DNA of 64,000 nt from Diplonema japonicum (Eukaryota > Protista > Euglenozoa: Diplonemea): contig OZ025692.1 of assembly GCA_964019335.1 (NCBI GenBank), forward strand, positions 372,001 through 436,000, read 5' to 3'. Each line of letters begins with the position of its first letter. Within the stretch, counting starts at the first letter, position 1. A program made the translations under genes and the position numbers. The notes beneath the pieces are model-generated. The model saw nothing but the letters and a program-made list of their open reading frames with translations. It was not told the origin of the DNA and ran no database searches. Shown here piece by piece: positions 56,194 through 64,000 of this stretch.

Positions 56194-57225
56194 TTAGATG
56201 GGGATTTCGGCTTGGGGGAAGGGGAGGGTCGTCCCGTTGAGCTGGACGGACTTGGCGGTGGTAGGAGTGGGGGGGGTGTCTAAGAATCCCCAGAAGTCAA
56301 CAAGCTCAAGACTGTTCGTCATAGCCTCCGTGGTAGACAGGGTCGTGGCCTTGCCCACATTGCGTTGCGTAGAGACGAGGGACACGACTAAGGGACGTGT
56401 CTTGTTGTACTCAACAGTCTCGACGGAGTTGCATCCTTCGGGGACAAGGTAGTACGTCCCTGGTTGCAAAGACACTCCGCAAGATACGTTGGCGCTGGGG
56501 CTGAAAACACCGTCCTTCTCCTTCGACTCTGCGTCCACTTGCTCGTAGGTGAACTGCACCACTTCCATCTTACCCTGCTCCTGCGTCTCCTTTATCACAG
56601 CATATCGCACCGCCGCCATGAATTTTGTAGGGTGCATGGGGTCTGATGCTTCTCTTCCAGACTCTTGGTGAAGGGAGATAAATAATGTGGTTGCAACTTG
56701 AATGTCCAGTTTTATGACGAAGTCCAAGAGTCCCGATTCGTGTTGAAGGTTGCCCTTCCACCTGATGTCAGTCACGTTTGCTGGGTTTTGTGGGATGTTC
56801 AAGAACCCGCAGCTGGCGAACCACTTCAAGCAGTCGGAGTACTGCATCCAGAAGACATCGTCGTCGTCGGGCGAGAACTTGCACGCCTTAGCGATGTCGG
56901 GGTGCTTCTGCCATAGGTATGATTTCGACGACCAGTCGCCGTTCCACTCGCTCACGTTCCCCCATTGGTTCCGCAGCTGCACCAGCTGCACCACTTCGTT
57001 GTTGATCATGATCTCTTTGAGCTGCAGCACTGCGAATGAATACCCTGCGGCAAGCCCTACCTCGGCAAAGGCCTGCACCACGTCCATGCTCCTCGACATG
57101 GCCTGCACCTCAATGCCCTGCGTGCTGAAGAACAAGAGCCCGTTTTTTCCAATCAACTCAAGGAGCGCGGGCCACTCGTTCTCGCGCAGTTCTCCTTCTT
57201 GATTGAGCTTTGTGACGGGGTATCT

Positions 57226-57257
<32 letters not shown>

Positions 57258-58609
57258 CTTTTTTTTCTTTCCCTTCACCCCCACACATACCCTGTCAGGT
57301 CAGACAATGCATCGCATGTGTCGCCCAGTTTGATGGCAGCGTACGACCCGTGCAGCTTGGCGTACGCCTTCTGCAGCAACGACGTCCACAGCTCGGAGGG
57401 GTTGTTGTTGCGTGCGAACGAGGGCAACTGTATTCACATTTTATTTTATTTTTTTTTTTATAAAAAAAAAACTAACACAATACCTTCCCCATTGCAGGCA
57501 GGTAATCATCGATCAAGACCTCGCTCCACCAGCCCTCCTTGCATAGCTTCAGCCTGTACCCCCCGTTGGATTGCTCCTCCCTCTTCTTCGGGTACGAAGC
57601 AGGCAGCGAAAAACTGTGTTCACATTCACAAACCATTTCCCCCCATTTTTTCGTGCATACATTGGATGGATAAGTTCGTTGGGTCTCTCGCACAGGATGA
57701 CGATGGCGCAGACAAACCACCCGTCGCCTAGCCCGCCTTCGTCGATGTCGCTGGGGATGATCTTGTCCAGGTTCAAGGTGCCTCTGTTCCCGTCCAGCAG
57801 CTGGAAGGGCCTCTTCCACGGCCATGGGCTGTCGCCCAGGTTGAGGGAAGAGTGCAGCGGGGGGAAGAAGGGGTCGATGAAAGGGGTCGTCTTCTCGATG
57901 CACTGCTGGAATATCTTGTCAACCTCACCACTAGAGCCCACCATGGGGTCCGCGTCGAAACGAGCTTCGGGCACGGCCGCCTGCATTGCCTCGATGGACT
58001 TAACTATGAAAACCTGCGCGGCCTTGGCACGGGAGAGCATGGCATCAAAGTTGTTTATCTCATCGTACTGAGGAGTGGCATCGAGGGATGTGAGCCCCTT
58101 AGGGAAGCTACCGTGCACGTAAGGGATGGTTTCTTGGGGCATAACTACGATCCCGAACTGCCCGTCTGGTTCTTGTGTCACGGAGTCTGATGCAGAGGTG
58201 GCTTTGCTCTCGTCGCCGAACCCAGCGTGCAGTGTGACCTGCTGTGAGGTGGTGGCGTTGTACACGTACACAAGGTGCGTGGGGTGCTTCGACTGCACAC
58301 GCTTAACTACCAGTGACAGCATGTCCTTTTTGATGACCACCTCGTTGCCTCGCACGCTTGGAACCCTCTTTCGTTTCGCTTTAGCAGCGCTTCTGGCGGA
58401 CAGGGGGAACTTCACAACATGGGTGTCGTCAAGGGGCGTCTTTGCGTTCACCTTGAACCACTCCCGTCGGCCGAGGCTCTCGAACCACTCAAGCACAAGG
58501 CAGCGAGCTTGCGTCCTCGTCCAGACCTCCATTGCACGGTTCTTCTTTGCGTTCCATGCGGTTTGGTCCCACTTCTGGATCTGAGCTGCAGGGTACTGTG
58601 GTGTTTGTG

Positions 58610-58648
<39 letters not shown>

Positions 58649-59040
58649 TATACCGGTTGTTCCAAAAGGTGATTCAGGTGTTCTTTGTGTTGTGACAACA
58701 GCACCGTCGCGCCCTCTGTGGTGAATTTGTCCAATATTTCGACAAAATTTGAATCGTCGACTGCGGCATCGTGGTATGTAGGCAATTCCTCCTCTTCACC
58801 GTACATGGCAGACTCGATGCCTTCCAGGTACAGCTGCCTCCCGCTTTCGAACGTCTCGTGGAACCCACTGCGGCTTTCGAACAGATCGATGTTAAGATGC
58901 ACCTTTTTCAGTGTTTCATCTTGTGGAACATCTACTATGCCAGGCATGGGGACGTCCGGTTCTTTGGGTGCTTGCGTTTCGACTTTGGCAGGCGCTGCCG
59001 CCTGTTTTTTGTTTGCCTCTTTAGAATCCGTACAACCCAT
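56194..59040 (-). CDS. Calpain-like protein, predicted catalytically inactive, N-terminal dual-acylation motif, 5 exons
   Basis: MGCTDSKE start; FIDPFFPP, DIDEGGLGDGW (Cys to Gly), LCKEGWW..IDDYLP, ELWTSLLQKAYAKLHGSY, GYSFAVL (His to Tyr), RNQWG. Introns 58596-58653, 57614-57660, 57428-57483 and 57224-57290 all restore the frame. Confidence 0.88.
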
Positions 59041-59432
59041 TGTTTCTTCTTCTTTTTTTTTAAAGAAGGATTAAAGATTTTTTTTTTTTGGTGATTCCTA
59101 ATAGAAGTTTTTTCTTTTTTTTCCTTCCATGGGCAAAAATGCAAGGAGGAGGAGGGGAAAACAAGGGTTTTTTTTTTTACTTGGGGGTTTACCATAAAAA
59201 ATGACCCCTGCCCTTAATATTGGGGTACCACAGACGGAGTCAAAAATATCGATTTTTCGAGTCTTGGGGTTTGAGGTGCCACAGCCTCGGCCTGCGACCT
59301 CGGCCTCCGCTCCTTGCAAAACCAAGAATCGGAAAACTGGGGGGGGGGGGAGGGGTGGGATTCCTGTCGTCAGTAAGATACATGACCCACCTAAACAACC
59401 GAGGGGGGGGGGGGGAGAAAACAATATATATG

Positions 59433-59480
59433 TATAAGAAATAAAGGAGGCCAGTGTTGGCTACGCCCTGCACAAGCACT
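59433..59480. repeat. 48-bp dispersed repeat copy B (see 29609-29656)
   Basis: 42/48 identity to 29609-29656, same orientation. Confidence 0.8.
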
Positions 59481-60133
59481 ACAGAGGGCACCTTGTCCGA
59501 CTAACCAAGTTTGCTGCCTACTAGGGTGTCAACAGCGAACAACACACTAAAAAGAAGGGGGGGGGGGGGAAAGGGTTGCACCCTTTTATTATTATTATTA
59601 TTATTATTCGAAGTATTTTTAAAGAAAAAAAGAAGAAAAAAAAAAAAAAAAAAAAAAAAAAAGACTCACTATGATAACCTACAAAAGATAAAGGTTAAAC
59701 TCTACTTAATAAGTCCATTTTTTTCCTCTTTTTTTTCGGGCGTTAAAAACGCAATTTTCGGAGATCGGGCGAAGGGTGAGAGGGAGGAGAAAAGAGAGAG
59801 AGTGTGTGTGTGTGTGTGAAAGGCAAATAGCAGGTAGAAGACAATTCCTATAAACCAACTATTTTTGTCCTGGGCCAAATAAACGGGGGGAGGGGGAGGG
59901 GGGAGGAAGCTGCAACGGAAACCGAATTTGGACGATGAAGGGGTTACAAAAACAAAGACAGAAAAAGAAGCCACCAAAAGATAAGCTTCATGCCAGCAGG
60001 TTTTTTTTTTCTTCAAGCAGGCGTATCAATAAAAAAATAGCAGGATATACGGAATCAACAATTTCTACTAATCAAAGTTTGAGCGGTCATTATAACTTTT
60101 TTTTGTTTCTCCTTGGTTCGTTCTATTTTTTTT

Positions 60134-60164
<31 letters not shown>

Positions 60165-60732
60165 GGGATGTTAGAACAAAAATGGGAGAGGGGGGAGGGG
60201 ACAAATAGAATAAACTGACAGTCTTTCGTGACAAAACCCTTTTGCCATCGATGCACAAAAAAAAAAGGAGGGGCGGGATACACAAAAGGATTTATAAGAC
60301 CTACAGCTCGTATTTTAAACAATAATAAATAAAGCCCCCCCCTTAGTGTTCTAAAAAGCAGTTTCTGAGAGGAAAAAAAAACTCATAGATCTCTCCACTT
60401 GGTCCTTTAATAACACTTAGACAGGAAAATGGGGGCGACTTTAACGAAGGGGGATGGTTGTCTACATGCAGGTATAACCATGGGGGGGAGGATGGATGAG
60501 GGAGTGATGAAAAAAAAAAGTGTTTTTTTTTTTTGATTGAGGGATTTCCTTTTTTTTTTGAGATTGGAGGAAATAACTTTGAAAGCATGTAGAATAAATA
60601 TAAAAAAAAAAGAAGAAGAAAAAAGAAATAATAATTCTTTATGACCATATGTCTTTGTTGTTTGCTCGTGGCACAAGTAGCATATCGTTATAAAATCATT
60701 TTTCTTGAAAAAATAATAATAAATATTTGTCA

Positions 60733-60791
<59 letters not shown>

Positions 60792-61097
60792 AAGAGCGGG
60801 CGGAGCTGGGGGGAGGCACCCCCCCTCCCCCCATCCCCTCTATAGTTCTTTTCTTTCTTTTCTGTCCTGGGACGTTTTACTTTTCTGTCTTTTCCTTCCC
60901 CCTTATCTTTTTTTTCTCTTTTTTTTTTTTAAATACGATCAGTGTATTTATTTACCACATACCCGCAACCACAGAGGAAACTAAAAAAAAAAAAAGAAAA
61001 TTATTGGAAGAAGAAGAAGAAGGTTAAAAAGAAATAGAACCAAGAATTGGCAGATTCAATAGTTATAATTTAGTATCACTATTATTAGCATTTTTGC

Positions 61098-61154
<57 letters not shown>

Positions 61155-61851
61155 ACGGTTACAAATGTGTTATCTAACATGGAAAAAAAAAAAGAGATCA
61201 TGTGTAACCAATAAAGCTCGCTATCTCTCTCTCCCCTATTTTTAAAGCTGTACTGGCATACCTCTTCGCAATTGTTTTTTCTTCTTCTTCTTCTTCTTTA
61301 CATCTTTAAAAGAATGACACAAAAAAGAAAATACATTCATTTCGTTGAGGTATGACAGCAACCCGAGCAAATCTTTCTCTTCTACTTCTTTTTTCTTTCC
61401 TCCCCCTCTAAAAAAAAAAAAAAAAGGAATGAGAGTACAACAAAACGGGGGACTTGCCCCATTAATATATATATTATCGCAATTAACTGTAAAGCTCCTG
61501 TATTACTCACCAATGAAGAAATTGGGAATAATAAGAAAACACCCTCACCTATTTTTTTTTTAGATTCACTCTAACCCCCCCCCCCCTATTTCTTTTTGTA
61601 TTTTTATTAGCAATAGAAATGCTTGAACCGAGAAATGATGATCCCAATTAAGGGACAAATCTTTCACTAAAAAATAAAATAAAAATAAAAACTAATTCCT
61701 TTCTGTTTTTTTTTTTTCTCTTTTTTTTTTCCTTACTATGTCACACACTGTAAAAACCTTCTTAATTAACTAATTGTCGGCTTAATAAAATCACCACCCT
61801 TTTTCCTTGTAACAAATAATTTCTGTTGTTCATCATGCTTAGAAGTGAGGG

Positions 61852-61883
<32 letters not shown>

Positions 61884-61981
61884 AAACAATAATGTATGCC
61901 GGGACAACAACAACAAAAGAAAGAAAAAAATTCACTATGATAGGAACGAAGTGGTTAGCAACGGCCCGCCAAAAAATTAAG

Positions 61982-62017
<36 letters not shown>

Positions 62018-62018
62018 T

Positions 62019-63680
62019 TCACTGTTCCATAGATTCTTTCATCTTGAGAAGTGTCTCCTTTTTTTTTTTTTTTTTCCCATTCCAAATACATACCCCTCCC
62101 TTAACGTCATAGTACGCATCAAAGTAAGTTGTGGACACATTAGCAACAACATTCCTATCAGGTATGCTCTGTGTAGTTCCGTAGATGGCGGCGGACCCTG
62201 TGGCCTTAAGCTCCTTTGTCTTCATGAACTCGCCACAGGCCGCAGTAATATCGGCGATAAGCCTCTTCGAGTTCTCCATCTCGTTTACAGCATGAAGCTT
62301 GGTGCAACATATGTGCAACGAGGAAGGGAACTGCAGCGCGTTCAACTCCCACCCCTTCGATGACAGGTCTCCCGCTAGCCTGTAAATATCGAATTCATCG
62401 CTTGCAAAGGCGATGACGGTACCAACCGGGTCACCAACTAAACGCAAACCAGGGATCTTTTTGAGTTCCTCCTTGATGTACCGGGCAGTACCTATAATAT
62501 CTTTGGCAGATTGTACGTAACCTTCCATCCCGTGCAACATCATGGCAGCCCATGTACCTGCAACCACGTTACCAGCCCTTGAACCGCTGATGACCGGCGA
62601 TGCGTACAAACCACCAGGCCAGTTTGTAACGGAATGCATCTGATACCTCCTAATATCCGCGTGCCTGTATAATATAGTGCTGCTCCCCTTTGGGGCAAAA
62701 CCGTATTTGTGAGTGTCACATGAGATTGACGTCACTCCGGGAAGTCTGAAATCGAATTTCTCACCCATGTCGTAGCCTGCTTTTTCTGCAAATGCGATGA
62801 TGAACCCGCCAAGGCACGCATCGACGTGAACAGGAATCCCCTTCGCTGCACCTAGTGCTGCAATGTCTTCAATAGGATCGATGATCCCATGCGGGAAACC
62901 GTACGCAGAGCCAACTAAACAGATGGTGTTCGATGTGATGAGGCTTTTCATGTGTTTAAGGTCCGCTTTGCCCGTCTTGGGGTCCATATCGGCGTGTTTC
63001 ATTGTTATGCCGAAATAGTGCGCGGCTTTCTCGAAGGCAGCGTGGGAAGTTACACATGCTACCATTTCGGGGTTTGTAATGTTTTTCTCGGCACGGGCGA
63101 GGTCTCTGTAGGCCTTCATGGCAAGGAGGATGGATTCTGTACCGCCGGATGTCATTGCACCGCAGCAGCCGTCTGTCCCGTTGAACATCTTGACCACCAT
63201 GGACAGGATTTCTGTTTCCATCTTTCGGACGCCGCTGAACTGTCCTGCGTGTAGCGGGTTTGTCCATTGGTGCATGGCCATGGCTTCGTTGATGAATTCT
63301 GTGTATCCATCCATGCCGCCGTGGTATACACACCCGCTGCACTGACCTTTTGAGTAGTCTAAGTTGATCTCCGCGTGTTTCTTGCACAATGCCAGAACGT
63401 CCTCCTTCTGAGCAGATTTTTCCGGGAGCTCTTCGTGTACCTCCTTCATGTCGGCCTGTTTCTCGGTGAATTCCTTGAGGAAGCTCATCTTAACACAGGC
63501 GGCCATCATCGCCAGCTGCGGGTCTGGAAGGGACGCTTTCGCCTTGTCCGGAGACGGGTTCTTTTGAGGTTCAGGAGCTGTCATTGGAACATCTGACTTT
63601 TGCAACTTTCGTAGTTCGGCCTTTCCGGATACCGGCCTCCTCCTGCTAGGTGGCGCCTCCTTGGAGTCTGCACAACCCAT
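62019..63680 (-). CDS. SGPL1: Sphingosine-1-phosphate lyase (PLP-dependent)
   Basis: SGCVYHG, NPLH..F.GVRKME, TSGGTESILLA, HVDACLGGF, SISCDTHKYG (PLP Lys), GSRAG, AAIYG. Start MGCADSKE at 63680. Probable in-frame intron 62058-62093. Confidence 0.94.
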   Translation of the reverse strand: MGCADSKEAPPSRRRPVSGKAELRKLQKSDVPMTAPEPQKNPSPDKAKASLPDPQLAMMAACVKMSFLKEFTEKQADMKEVHEELPEKSAQKEDVLALCKKHAEINLDYSKGQCSGCVYHGGMDGYTEFINEAMAMHQWTNPLHAGQFSGVRKMETEILSMVVKMFNGTDGCCGAMTSGGTESILLAMKAYRDLARAEKNITNPEMVACVTSHAAFEKAAHYFGITMKHADMDPKTGKADLKHMKSLITSNTICLVGSAYGFPHGIIDPIEDIAALGAAKGIPVHVDACLGGFIIAFAEKAGYDMGEKFDFRLPGVTSISCDTHKYGFAPKGSSTILYRHADIRRYQMHSVTNWPGGLYASPVISGSRAGNVVAGTWAAMMLHGMEGYVQSAKDIIGTARYIKEELKKIPGLRLVGDPVGTVIAFASDEFDIYRLAGDLSSKGWELNALQFPSSLHICCTKLHAVNEMENSKRLIADITAACGEFMKTKELKATGSAAIYGTTQSIPDRNVVANVSTTYFDAYYDVKGGVCIWNGKKKKKKETLLKMKESMEQ

Positions 63681-64000
63681 GGTTTTTTTTTTTTTGGCTT
63701 TTTTCTTTTTTTTTTGAAAAACTGTGGAGGGAATGGGGGGGGGGGGGGGGGGGGTGAAGGATGTCACAACATATTCAATAAAAAAAAGAAGAACACTTTT
63801 TTTTTTTTTTTTCCTTCTTCTTTCTTTCTTCCCCCTTCCCTTTAATGTGCTTTCTTTCTATAGAAATGAAAAAAAAAGAAAAGAAAAGAAAAGGTTTAAA
63901 GCCTAACCATCAATCGGCGTGTGGTGGCAATCGCCAGCAGCAGCAGGGCGTAGAGGTGTAACACGCCGAGGCCTGCAGCAGAGGCCCTAGCGGTGGCGAC

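Larger units (their letters stand above)
1..64000 (-). other. Unidirectional gene cluster (putative polycistronic transcription unit)
   Basis: Every ORF with recognisable protein homology is on the minus strand across 64 kb. Some intergenic gaps are only ~100-200 nt (e.g. 897/998, 16573/16669). This organisation is typical of Euglenozoa. Confidence 0.8.

Noticed and set aside
1-64000. CRISPR array, rRNA, tRNA or spliced-leader RNA genes
   Set aside because: No regularly spaced repeat-spacer structure and no recognisable RNA gene signature by eye; small snoRNAs could have been missed.

Overview
Eukaryotic genomic DNA, most likely a euglenozoan. The combination of one-directional genes and many cis-introns suggests a diplonemid-like lineage (inference). 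About 30 protein-coding genes all lie on the minus strand, as in a polycistronic, trans-spliced transcription unit, and the non-coding DNA is dominated by long A/T/G homopolymers. Many apparently broken ORFs are restored by 26 tiny (35-73 nt) GT-AG introns inferred by hand. Most have a GTRTG donor and an A/purine-rich body with no polypyrimidine tract, and in long genes they cluster at the extreme 3' end. Recognisable genes: Derlin, an LRR protein, a SAM-sulfotransferase-glycosyltransferase fusion, a threonine-dehydratase homologue lacking its PLP lysine, RPL18A, GluRS fused to an Arc1p/EMAP-II-like domain, two methyltransferases, a J-domain/YqgE fusion, an active and an inactive calpain, RSP3, TFIP11, a multipass receptor-PH-AGC kinase, a CCCH protein, a PPR-like protein, a histidine phosphatase, TrpRS and sphingosine-1-phosphate lyase. 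Two non-autonomous TIR elements (one Sola-like, one piggyBac-like), palindromic elements and short dispersed repeats lie in non-coding DNA. No rRNA, tRNA, SL RNA or CRISPR array was recognised. All exon structures are inferred from sequence alone, and homopolymer lengths may be assembly-imprecise.
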